Below are positions 55,582 through 64,000 of a DNA stretch of 64,000 nt, in pieces. The position numbers and the translations under genes were made by a program. The stretch is from a virus, in the IMG/VR virus record IMGVR_UViG_3300025115_000004, positions 1 through 64,000 of that record; one strand, given 5' to 3'. The notes under the pieces were generated by a model. The model worked only from the letters and a program-made list of their open reading frames with translations, searched no databases and was not told the DNA's origin. Within the stretch, counting starts at the first letter, position 1. Every line of letters starts with the position of its first letter.

Positions 55582-57981
55582 ATGGCACAGTTAGCAGTAT
55601 TAGAGAGAGTAAGCTCAAAGGGACGTACCTCTCATGCTCAGTATGATAAAGACAAGTGGGGAACAGGATCTCTTATTAAGAGAGTAACAAATCTCGGAAC
55701 TCCATTCATAGGTCCAATAATTAATGCTGTAGGCAGGCCTGTTGAAACTGTTGCGGCTATTCCCGGGATATACCCCCATGCGATTCCTTGGTGCGATAAG
55801 GACGAGAGATATTCTACAGGAACCGTAGGAGTGTCTAGTACTGCTGTAACTGGTGCAGGTGGTGCCGCATGGATAACAGCCGGTATAGCTATTGGTACAA
55901 GGATAGGATTCGGATCAACCGATGCCGATCAAATAACTACATGGTACAATATTGATAGTGTAAACTCTAATACTTCTATAACACTGTCATCCTCAGCCGG
56001 TACGATATCATCAGGAACTCCTTATGTAATAGAAAATTTTAAGCAGATAGACTGGATATTTCTTGTTGACAATGCTGCTGCTGCTGCAACACGAAGGGTC
56101 CAGTTGTATGAATTTGATCGCAATACCAGTCAGATGTCATGGAAAGGTTTTGTGACTATGACAATGAATGCCGGAGGAAACCAGACAGCAAGAGGATTAA
56201 GGGTTTTGTATCAAAAATATTCAACCGGAACCGTGGCTGTTGCTACTGCTACTGTAACAGGTACAGGTACTCTTTGGCAGACAAATAAGATCTGTGCAGG
56301 GAATTCCCTTATGTCAAGCAGGATAGGATTCGGCTCTACTGATCCTTCTCAAATAAAGACATGGTACTACATCAATACCATTACGGCAGAAGGAACGATG
56401 ACTATTTCCACTTCTGCTTTGACTAACGTAGCTGCCAATATAACCATAAGTGCTGGAACTGCTTATGTTATTGAGGATCTGAAAATCTTAATGGTTACTA
56501 CCTGTGCTACCGTAACCAACGGTGGTATCTTTATGGTAAAAGGTGCCAGTTATGCTCATTTTCTTCCTGCCGGAACAACCTATGCTTATGCTGCTACTAC
56601 TGATAACATAGTTGAAGTAATCTGGTTAAAAGATGCTGCAACACAAACAAATACGAATGCTTGTGGTATAGCTCTTGGACCTTTTACTGATATGAGCAAT
56701 CAGTTTGTCTATGTGCTTGACGTTGCTACTGTCAAGATATTTAAGTATAATGTCAGAGCAGGGCTAACAATAGCTTCCGGTAACTCAGTGAGTGCTTTCG
56801 TTCTCGCGACAGGAAACCAAGCTGTTACAGGAACTATTGCTCAGAACAATAATGGAAGATTTTATACTGCCGGACATGGACCAGCATCTGGGCTACCAGC
56901 ATTATATTTTGTAACCACCACGAGAATCTATGCTTGTCTTGACTCTGCAATACTCTCAGGGGCCACGAACTTCTTAACATATCAGATGACAGAAAACCCC
57001 CCGGGAGGAACAGTCACATTCCCTCTTACTGGACAAATGGCGTGTATCGAGACTTATGATGCAATAGACCGGTTAATAATAATATCAACCGGTGCTAACT
57101 GTGCTAGGTCTTATGTGACTAGTTTCCGCACCGATGGTGGACAAATGGATCATATATTTCTTGTTGATGATAAACAGATAGATCAATCTACTGTTGATGC
57201 TAATACAACTCCGCATCCCTCAATCAGAGTCGTTACTCAATCTCCTTCGTGTGAAAAAGGAGTTCTGTACCTTGCAGGAGTAGGTACTGGGTGGGGAAGC
57301 AACATCATTAACACTGCATGTATAGGAGCTGATTGGACTTACTCGAATATAACAGGGGAGTATGCAACGTCTCCTAAACTTTCAACTCCGAATTGTGTTA
57401 AATTTATTACTCCATTTGCTATCAGAGACACTATAATAGGCGGCAATGATGTGCTTGGTAAGAGAGCTGATGCAATGAGGTTTTCTTATCGCACAACAGG
57501 TATTGATGATAATTCAGGATCGTGGACGGTTTTATCTGAGCCTTATGACATGAGTGGCGTTGCTGGCGCAGAGGCAATACAATTCAAGATAGAGTTTAAG
57601 GGTATATCAGATTTCTGTGTTCCGGGAAGGCTCTATGGAATAGGTATCGTCTATGAGGATGCTTCTACAGATTCTCATTACAGATTCTCAGGTGGTTTGT
57701 CAAGTGCGGCAAATAAACGATTTGCCTTCCGCTTTGCTAATTCGTTTGGTAGTACAGTGCCAAGACTTCGAATCAGGTTATATAACGATGTAACCAATTC
57801 TTTATTGCTTGATGATGATTCGGTTACACAGGCAGCTACATGGGAAAAATCAACTAACGATGGGGGTTCATGGGGTGCATACGATACTACTGACAAAGCC
57901 AACGACACTACTTACATCAGGGTTACGTATGCAACCCTCGGAGATAATATTAAGGTTCGCGCGGTACTAACACTTTATTAA
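55582..57981 (+). CDS. Tail spike / receptor-binding-like structural protein
   Basis: Internal repeat YSTGTV...RIGFGSTD..QI.TWY; beta-rich. Confidence 0.65.
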   Translation: MAQLAVLERVSSKGRTSHAQYDKDKWGTGSLIKRVTNLGTPFIGPIINAVGRPVETVAAIPGIYPHAIPWCDKDERYSTGTVGVSSTAVTGAGGAAWITAGIAIGTRIGFGSTDADQITTWYNIDSVNSNTSITLSSSAGTISSGTPYVIENFKQIDWIFLVDNAAAAATRRVQLYEFDRNTSQMSWKGFVTMTMNAGGNQTARGLRVLYQKYSTGTVAVATATVTGTGTLWQTNKICAGNSLMSSRIGFGSTDPSQIKTWYYINTITAEGTMTISTSALTNVAANITISAGTAYVIEDLKILMVTTCATVTNGGIFMVKGASYAHFLPAGTTYAYAATTDNIVEVIWLKDAATQTNTNACGIALGPFTDMSNQFVYVLDVATVKIFKYNVRAGLTIASGNSVSAFVLATGNQAVTGTIAQNNNGRFYTAGHGPASGLPALYFVTTTRIYACLDSAILSGATNFLTYQMTENPPGGTVTFPLTGQMACIETYDAIDRLIIISTGANCARSYVTSFRTDGGQMDHIFLVDDKQIDQSTVDANTTPHPSIRVVTQSPSCEKGVLYLAGVGTGWGSNIINTACIGADWTYSNITGEYATSPKLSTPNCVKFITPFAIRDTIIGGNDVLGKRADAMRFSYRTTGIDDNSGSWTVLSEPYDMSGVAGAEAIQFKIEFKGISDFCVPGRLYGIGIVYEDASTDSHYRFSGGLSSAANKRFAFRFANSFGSTVPRLRIRLYNDVTNSLLLDDDSVTQAATWEKSTNDGGSWGAYDTTDKANDTTYIRVTYATLGDNIKVRAVLTLY

Positions 57982-57984
57982 CAT

Positions 57985-58158
57985 ATGATAACAATTGAAA
58001 AAGGTCATAAGGTTCATACGACAGATATGATTGTCGTTACCGGTGGAGATTTTAATGAAGAAGATAATGTACTTGTAGTTAACGGAGAGGGAGTCGAGTC
58101 TTATCTTCAGGCTTATTACATTCAGAACGGTGTTGTATATGATCAAAGGAATGAATAA
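57985..58158 (+). CDS. Hypothetical 57-aa protein
   Basis: Manual translation MITIEKGHKV...; TAATG coupling. Confidence 0.5.
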   Translation: MITIEKGHKVHTTDMIVVTGGDFNEEDNVLVVNGEGVESYLQAYYIQNGVVYDQRNE

Positions 58159-58334
58159 TGGCCCTAACAGACATACTCATACCTGAAGCTGATCCACAGT
58201 GTGGCATAATGGAAATACCTTATGATCCAGAAGGAGTTCCTTTTGATGCTCTCAATGACAAGAGTGGGATCGAAGAGTTGGTATTGGCTCCGGGGCCGGG
58301 AGGAGGAGCAACAGATTATGCCTTCATAGGATAG
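58158..58334 (+). CDS. Hypothetical 58-aa protein
   Basis: Manual translation MALTDILIPE...GGATDYAFIG. Confidence 0.5.
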   Translation: MALTDILIPEADPQCGIMEIPYDPEGVPFDALNDKSGIEELVLAPGPGGGATDYAFIG

Positions 58335-58404
58335 ATTTCTCTTGGAAGATTCATTTTTTATATTTAAATTTGCATAAAATTATCAACTAAAAAATTAATG
58401 ATGT

Positions 58405-58725
58405 ATGGCAAAGTTTAATTTCAAAGATCAGGAACTCAAGGATTTAGCTGGTGTTTCCTTCAGGAAGGTAGAAAAAACCGACAATGGTGAGGTTGAGACT
58501 CCGGTAACAGTAGCGGATGCTATTCAGGCTAATTTGTTAGCTGAAAATCAGGAGGCTACCTCCTCAGAGAGGTACCAGTGCTTTCAGCTTGCAGAGAGGT
58601 TGAAGAGAGCTGAAGGGGAAGTGGAATTCAGTGCTGAGGAAATAGTATTGATCAAGAAGATCACAGGGAGAAATCCTAATCCGCTCATTATAGGGCGTAT
58701 ATGGGATGCCCTCGAAGGTAAGTAA
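58405..58725 (+). CDS. Conserved phage tail-region protein
   Basis: L.DL.G...LA.R....VE.SAEEI.LIK...P.I.GR motif. Confidence 0.6.
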   Translation: MAKFNFKDQELKDLAGVSFRKVEKTDNGEVETPVTVADAIQANLLAENQEATSSERYQCFQLAERLKRAEGEVEFSAEEIVLIKKITGRNPNPLIIGRIWDALEGK

Positions 58726-58742
58726 TATTTTTAATTAGGTGT

Positions 58743-59090
58743 GTGGTTATGTCTGATGTTAAAAACGAATTTTGTCTCCCCAATAGTTCTGAGGATTGTT
58801 ATCATCTTTTCGGTACTATACTGAAGAATCAGAAAGAGATGTTGGACAGTCAACGTATTCAGGGCGAGGATATAAAAATGATCCGTGAATCTTTGCTCGG
58901 CAATGAGTTTCATAAGGGGCATCTTGACGAATTTAAAGATCTACAGGAAGAAGTAGACACCTTAAGAGAGGATACGGATAGGAGACTTAAGATCATCGAG
59001 ACAGCTTATATTCGTGTTGGAGCCATTATAGCCGTAGCCGCATTCCTAATTATGAACCTACCTAAGATAATCACAGCCCTCAAGACTTAA
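58743..59090 (+). CDS. Coiled-coil protein with C-terminal TM (holin/antiholin-like)
   Basis: Coiled coil then hydrophobic C-terminus. Confidence 0.5.
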   Translation: MVMSDVKNEFCLPNSSEDCYHLFGTILKNQKEMLDSQRIQGEDIKMIRESLLGNEFHKGHLDEFKDLQEEVDTLREDTDRRLKIIETAYIRVGAIIAVAAFLIMNLPKIITALKT

Positions 59091-59092
59091 TT

Positions 59093-59347
59093 ATGTCACA
59101 GGATATAAAGAATCTATTTTCAGAGAATCAGGGAAGGTTATCCTTTATGAGGGTGGCTTCCGGTCTTATGTGGATCGTATCTACGATCTATTTATTTATG
59201 AAGGTAGATATTAATCAGTTGACATGGCCGGGATTTGCTCTTATTGCTTTACTTTATGGGTTAGCCTTCTTCCCTAAGGTTATCCAAAAGAAGTATGAGC
59301 AGTTTAATTTACATACGCGTAAGGATTCACAGGAACCTGTAGGCTAA
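59093..59347 (+). CDS. Holin-like two-TM protein
   Basis: GRLSFMR..two TM segments..PKVIQKKYE. Confidence 0.55.
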   Translation: MSQDIKNLFSENQGRLSFMRVASGLMWIVSTIYLFMKVDINQLTWPGFALIALLYGLAFFPKVIQKKYEQFNLHTRKDSQEPVG

Positions 59348-59369
59348 CCATTTAATTTCCTTTTCTTTT

Positions 59370-60701
59370 ATGACGACCGACTACCAACTTGGTTTGTTGT
59401 GTTATCTCGTCCAATCTCCGGAAGGATCTACCTACATTGATCATATAGAGGATGATCTATTCGATTTGGTTGAGTATCAACTTACTTTACAAGTACTCAA
59501 GAAATATCATAAGAAATACAATACATTACCCGGTAGAGTTGCCGGTTTACAGTTTTTAGAAGAACAGATATCTTTAACCAAAGGGTTAAACGCAAATATA
59601 GCCAATGATCTTCGGGAGGTTATGGAGGATATATTTGTTCCTTTGTCAAAGTCAGATAGTGTCAAACTTAAGGATACCATTATTGTTGAGGTTCAGTCTA
59701 AGAATCTCGACAAGTTATTTATGGACTTCGCAGCTGGTTCCCTAACCACTGATCAGGTCTTCAGTAAGATGAACAAGATATCGTCTTTTGTGGGACTGAA
59801 TCATGATGATCATAAGAATGCTGGTTTCTTGGTAGAAGATAGAGGAAAGCATTACGATGAACAAGTGGAAGGGAATCCAACATTCCTTCATGATCTGAAT
59901 AAGTTAACAGCTGCCAGAGGTTTCTACTCTCCGCAGCTGATCGTTTTTATGTCTGGTCCAAAGCACTTCAAGACCGGTTTGATTATTAATATCGCGGTGG
60001 AATATGCCCGGGATGGGTACAATGTTTACTACGCTGACGGAGAGAACGGTGCTCGGAGTATTCGGAATAGGGTGAAACAGAAGATCATGGACTGTACCTT
60101 AGAGGATCTATTTGATAGTTCTATTTATGAGGAACTAGATGATACACTCTATCGATTTGGGAAGTATATGGGGGGTGATCTGTATATTGATGAATTCCCA
60201 GCGAACCAAAAGAGTATAAAAGATATCGAGGCTAGACTGGAATTTCTCAGAGAGGAGTATGGGTGGGTGCCTGATATTATTGTCTACGACTCTATAGATC
60301 ACTTCATCCCGTCAAAAATAGAAGATCAGAAGAGGGATGTTAGGATAAAGATTCAGTTGGTTTATCATGAAGCTATATCCTTGAACAAGAGATGGGAAAC
60401 ATTTGCAATAGTACCATCACAGGTTAACAGAGAGGCTATTCTCAGAAAGAAGACATTTGATATCACTGATCTATCAGAGGATTTCGGTAAAGCTATGAAT
60501 GCTCACGCTATTTTTGCTATATGCGCTACACCTGAGGAGGAGGAGAAAGGAGTTCGAAGGATAGTTCCTATCGCCCAGAGAGAAGGGGTAGCTTATAGAG
60601 GTAAATCTTCCAATATGTGTATTATTCAGATAAAGGAGGATACTATGCAGGTTTATGAGGTGGACAAGGATAAATATCTGGAAGGGTTGGTAGATGATTA
60701 A
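59370..60701 (+). CDS. dnaB: Replicative SF4 (DnaB-like) helicase
   Basis: Walker A variant SGPKHFKTG, DGEN, IIVYDSID, SQVNRE, DLSEDFGK. Confidence 0.85.
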   Translation: MTTDYQLGLLCYLVQSPEGSTYIDHIEDDLFDLVEYQLTLQVLKKYHKKYNTLPGRVAGLQFLEEQISLTKGLNANIANDLREVMEDIFVPLSKSDSVKLKDTIIVEVQSKNLDKLFMDFAAGSLTTDQVFSKMNKISSFVGLNHDDHKNAGFLVEDRGKHYDEQVEGNPTFLHDLNKLTAARGFYSPQLIVFMSGPKHFKTGLIINIAVEYARDGYNVYYADGENGARSIRNRVKQKIMDCTLEDLFDSSIYEELDDTLYRFGKYMGGDLYIDEFPANQKSIKDIEARLEFLREEYGWVPDIIVYDSIDHFIPSKIEDQKRDVRIKIQLVYHEAISLNKRWETFAIVPSQVNREAILRKKTFDITDLSEDFGKAMNAHAIFAICATPEEEEKGVRRIVPIAQREGVAYRGKSSNMCIIQIKEDTMQVYEVDKDKYLEGLVDD

Positions 60702-61659
60702 CGCAACAAAATATTACGCTTACTTCGATAAATTCCACGGACCGGTTGAACAGTCCTCTAATGGTTGGTACGTAACCAACTGTCCTTTCTGTGGTAAGAG
60801 GAAGTTTGCTATCAATCTGGATTATGGTACGGGAAAGTGCTGGAGAGGTTGTCAATCGACTACCTTATTGACTGAGATCATTATGAGGTCCCACGGAATT
60901 ACGTACTATGATGCCCGGGAACTGGTAGAGTCTATGCATGATGGCCTTCAGTATATTCCGGAATCTGTATCTAAGTATGTTAAGGTAGATATGCAATTAC
61001 CTGCCGGATATACTCCTATACTGTCTGGTACCGGGGTTATGGGTAATCGTGCTAGAGCTTATTTAGAGGGTCGGGGCTTTGATCTGAACTATATGGATAT
61101 GATAGGAGTTGGGTACTGTCAGGATGAAGGACCAACTCTAGAGACTAATTTCTTCGGGTACATAATAATACCTTTCAAGAAGCAGGGCATGTTAGTGTAT
61201 TATATTGGCCGGGATTACATAGGGAACTATATCCGGTATAAAAACCCTCCTAAGGAGATGTTTGGTATTGGTAAGGCAGAATTAATATTTAACGAAGAAG
61301 CTCTTCAGTTATGTGAGAAGGTATATGTCACAGAGGGATGGGCCGATGCTTCTACTATAAAAAGAGCTGGGACATCAATACAAGGAGCTATCTCCAGTCC
61401 TTATCAGAATAATTTACTTATTAAGAGTCCTGTTAAGCAACTTGTTATCATTCCGGACGCTGGATATTACCTAAATGGTCTTGTTATGGCCAAGGCCTTA
61501 ATTCCTTATAAAGAGGTCAAGGTATTGAATATGGATAGTGTAAAAGAGTTCGGTAAGGATGTAAATGAAGTGGGGGTAGAGAGGGTGTATGCTTTGGAAG
61601 CTGAGACACCATTAGCATCCAGACCTTGGATTTATAAAGAGATGAGAGCGCATGCGTGA
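60694..61659 (+). CDS. dnaG: DNA primase (Zn ribbon + TOPRIM)
   Basis: CPFC..CWRGC, YL..RG, IIIPF, VTEGWADA, KDVNE. Confidence 0.85.
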   Translation: MINATKYYAYFDKFHGPVEQSSNGWYVTNCPFCGKRKFAINLDYGTGKCWRGCQSTTLLTEIIMRSHGITYYDARELVESMHDGLQYIPESVSKYVKVDMQLPAGYTPILSGTGVMGNRARAYLEGRGFDLNYMDMIGVGYCQDEGPTLETNFFGYIIIPFKKQGMLVYYIGRDYIGNYIRYKNPPKEMFGIGKAELIFNEEALQLCEKVYVTEGWADASTIKRAGTSIQGAISSPYQNNLLIKSPVKQLVIIPDAGYYLNGLVMAKALIPYKEVKVLNMDSVKEFGKDVNEVGVERVYALEAETPLASRPWIYKEMRAHA

Positions 61660-62557
61660 TCCTAGTATCCATATCAGAAAGTCAGACCTTACCCGGTTAC
61701 TGGAACCTTATGGCATAGGAGAGCGGGATGTTTATGATATTATGAGGAAGGCCAAAGAACATTCTATAAGGGATAGGGTATTTATCTCTACTAAGGCAAA
61801 GCAGGCTCGTAAGATGAAAAGAACTGTTGAGGCTGAATCTGATACCTTTGAGGTCTTTCACAAGATATATTCAGCTATAATGCTGGAACAGAGTATTATG
61901 TCTACCAGTATTAAGAAGGATTCTCCTATGTATTTGAGTTATAAGGAAGTAGCTGATCAGGCTAGGACTTTCTGTGATTCTATGGGTTTGTCTTATGAAA
62001 CTGGTTTTCGTTTTTATATCGAAAGTGCTATCAAGGTTATAGGTAAGAGAAGATATTCTTTATACAGATTAAAGGCTGCTCATGCTAGACTCCTTGATTA
62101 CTACAAAGCTTATAAAGTGTGGAAAGAGGATAGTAAGCCGATAGAGACCATTAGGATGTATCAGGCATGGCAGAAGACAGTTCTTAAGAACTTTGCAACT
62201 ACCCTAGATGTAATGGATGATGTGACCAAGATGGTTCATTTTATCTATTGTAGGGAAGATGCCGATGCCCTTGGAGCTAATTATGATGACTGGATGGGGG
62301 CACAGTTTGATAAGTGGTCCTATCTGAATATTATCCCGGAATTCAGTGTACTCTATGGGGATAATGCTAAGCTTGTCTATAAAATGTACATGGCGAAACA
62401 ACATAAAACTGATAGTAAAGATGAAAGAAACTACTTCAACAAAGTTCGATCGATCGAAACAGTACCGCTTAAAGCCTTACAGCAGCAAGAGGAAGCTCGC
62501 GCGAGACGCGTACAAAAGGGCTTACGAGAAGCAGGATCGGGAGATAATGGAGTCTGA
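61652..62557 (+). CDS. Hypothetical replication-module protein
   Basis: ORF track. Confidence 0.7.
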   Translation: MRDPSIHIRKSDLTRLLEPYGIGERDVYDIMRKAKEHSIRDRVFISTKAKQARKMKRTVEAESDTFEVFHKIYSAIMLEQSIMSTSIKKDSPMYLSYKEVADQARTFCDSMGLSYETGFRFYIESAIKVIGKRRYSLYRLKAAHARLLDYYKAYKVWKEDSKPIETIRMYQAWQKTVLKNFATTLDVMDDVTKMVHFIYCREDADALGANYDDWMGAQFDKWSYLNIIPEFSVLYGDNAKLVYKMYMAKQHKTDSKDERNYFNKVRSIETVPLKALQQQEEARARRVQKGLREAGSGDNGV

Positions 62558-62897
62558 GGGGCAGATAGTATGTCGTAGCTGTGAAATACTATTGATATCT
62601 CCTTCAGGCAGAGGACTAAGACCTTGGGGTCATAGTCACAATCTTCCGGTTAAACATTTTCCTCTTCTAGAGGCTGATCCTAAGAACTTTGGCCCACGGT
62701 GTCAGAACTGGGGAGGGAGAAAGGGATGTCATGAGAAATTGGATGAACCAGACTTCAGGGAGATAGTTAAGTTCAAGGATTTTGACGATTTGATGCGTTA
62801 TCGCTATGAGAAGAATGAACTAGCTTATAATAAGTGGGTTACACAATTAAACGATTTAGGTATTAATCCGGGATGGCCTTATGCGGATAACTATTGA
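62421..62897 (+). CDS. HNH / Ref-like nuclease
   Basis: Basic N-terminus, CRSCE, HSH..P, N..P.C...CHE; start uncertain. Confidence 0.65.
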   Translation: MKETTSTKFDRSKQYRLKPYSSKRKLARDAYKRAYEKQDREIMESEGQIVCRSCEILLISPSGRGLRPWGHSHNLPVKHFPLLEADPKNFGPRCQNWGGRKGCHEKLDEPDFREIVKFKDFDDLMRYRYEKNELAYNKWVTQLNDLGINPGWPYADNY

Positions 62898-64000
62898 TAA
62901 TATCAAATGTAAGATAGATATCGGTGGGACCGATTATCTTATCGATCCTGATCTGATGAAGAGGTTTAGGGAATATATGTCTGTTGATGTTCCGGGGGCT
63001 CATTTCATCAATCAGAGGCTTCCTTTTCACTATGACGGGAAGAAATATTTCATTACCCCTAAAGGAACAATGGCTACAGGGTTCCTACCAGTATTTCTAC
63101 GTTATATTGATCAGGAGTATCCGGATTTATCTGTAGAGCTTGTAGATGCTAGGGGCTATATCCCAGAGCTGCGGGAAGAGCCTATCACTAAGGTTAGTGA
63201 TGATTGGGATATGATCGAGCAGTATTCTTATCAGAAAGATTTGATAATGAAGTATAGCCATCATATATCCTTTAGGGGACAGGTATTGAAGTTTCCTCGC
63301 GGGGTAATTGATGCTGCCACCAATGCTGGTAAAACAACTATTCTGGCAGGTCTGTATAAGAATCTGAAGAGAGAAGAGAGAATGCTAGTGATCATCCATA
63401 GTACTACCATATTCAAACAGTTAGTTAAGGATTTCAAAAAGGTTTTCCCAGAGGTGGGGGAGATTAATGCTTCTAAGTATTCAGTTAAGCCTTTTACTGT
63501 GGCTATGATTCAGACTCTATATTCTCGTAGGGATGATCTTAATATCAGAAAGGATCTGGCTTCTTTCACGGTATTAGCTGTAGATGAGTGTCATAGAGCT
63601 GGTAGTGCTCAATATGCTAAGGTTCTGGTTCATTGCCCTGCGGCTATGAGAGTGTTTCTATCAGGTACCGCTTTTGACACCTCTGATGTGGTCAACTCAT
63701 TAGTGATTACCGGGTTGTCAGGAGACAAATTAGGAGGGGTTGAAAAGAGGGAGCTAATGGATAAGAGAATAAGTACCCCGGTTAATGTAGAAGTGTTACT
63801 ATGTAATACTTCTTTGAAACAACCGGTTCTGGATTATACAGAGTGTATGGATGAACTTGTCTATTACTCCGAACAAAGAGTGAAGTTGATAGTGGAGGTT
63901 ATTAATAAGAGATTTATATTAGGCCCCGTCCTTATCGCAGTCAATTTTATTCATCACGGTGAGTTCCTTTTGGAAAGGTTGAACAGGTATTTGTGTCCTG
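62881..64000 (+). CDS. SF2 (UvsW/DEAD-like) helicase, truncated by window end
   Basis: Manual translation from ATG 62881: AATNAGKTT, VDECHRA, LSGT. Confidence 0.85.
   Translation, partial: MRITIDNIKCKIDIGGTDYLIDPDLMKRFREYMSVDVPGAHFINQRLPFHYDGKKYFITPKGTMATGFLPVFLRYIDQEYPDLSVELVDARGYIPELREEPITKVSDDWDMIEQYSYQKDLIMKYSHHISFRGQVLKFPRGVIDAATNAGKTTILAGLYKNLKREERMLVIIHSTTIFKQLVKDFKKVFPEVGEINASKYSVKPFTVAMIQTLYSRRDDLNIRKDLASFTVLAVDECHRAGSAQYAKVLVHCPAAMRVFLSGTAFDTSDVVNSLVITGLSGDKLGGVEKRELMDKRISTPVNVEVLLCNTSLKQPVLDYTECMDELVYYSEQRVKLIVEVINKRFILGPVLIAVNFIHHGEFLLERLNRYLCP

Noticed and set aside
47506-57981. Diversity-generating retroelement (TR/VR pair)
   Set aside because: No reverse transcriptase in the window; the repeats seen are identical or lack adenine-specific differences.
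22338-62404. Antisense and nested short ORFs within structural and replication genes (e.g. 27489-28040, 38198-38788, 43692-44129)
   Set aside because: Shadow frames of strong plus-strand genes with no recognisable motifs.
20167-64000. Stop-codon reassignment as in some crAss-like phages
   Set aside because: Long ORFs tile the region under the standard code, and TAG/TGA end genes at sensible junctions.

Overview
Segment of a lytic, podovirus-type tailed phage with a probable Bacteroidota host (many TAnnTTTG promoters, no Shine-Dalgarno motifs, crAss-like TerL/portal/ring/muzzle gene order, standard genetic code). Layout: (1) 1-3063 is an AT-rich, integron-like array of attC-bounded cassettes carrying a Mom-like DNA modifier and a PAPS-reductase-family gene; some ORFs start inside the attC loop and read in frame through the GTT crossover. 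(2) 3550-12600 is a minus-strand early operon of about 25 small genes, punctuated by 10-11 sequence-variable, structure-conserved ~42-nt tRNA-like RNAs lacking an anticodon arm, and led by a promoter plus boxA-like leader. (3) 12600-14200 is non-coding, with IHF-like sites and palindromes (candidate genome end or origin). (4) 14278-19283 holds minus-strand accessory genes (Acb2/Tad1-like fusion, HNH, RyR-like, candidate ncRNA). (5) 19430-19800 is a helically phased array of eight palindromes ahead of an RHH gene. (6) 20167-59347 is the morphogenesis module (terminase, portal, scaffold, capsid, ring and muzzle proteins, HU/IHF, ejection proteins including a 2347-aa polyvalent protein with ART-like, RelA/SpoT-like and SAM-lyase-like domains, tail fibres, holin-like genes). 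(7) 59370-64000 is replication (SF4 helicase, primase, HNH, truncated SF2 helicase). CCWGG appears strongly avoided. All family assignments come from motif recognition by eye; no searches were run.
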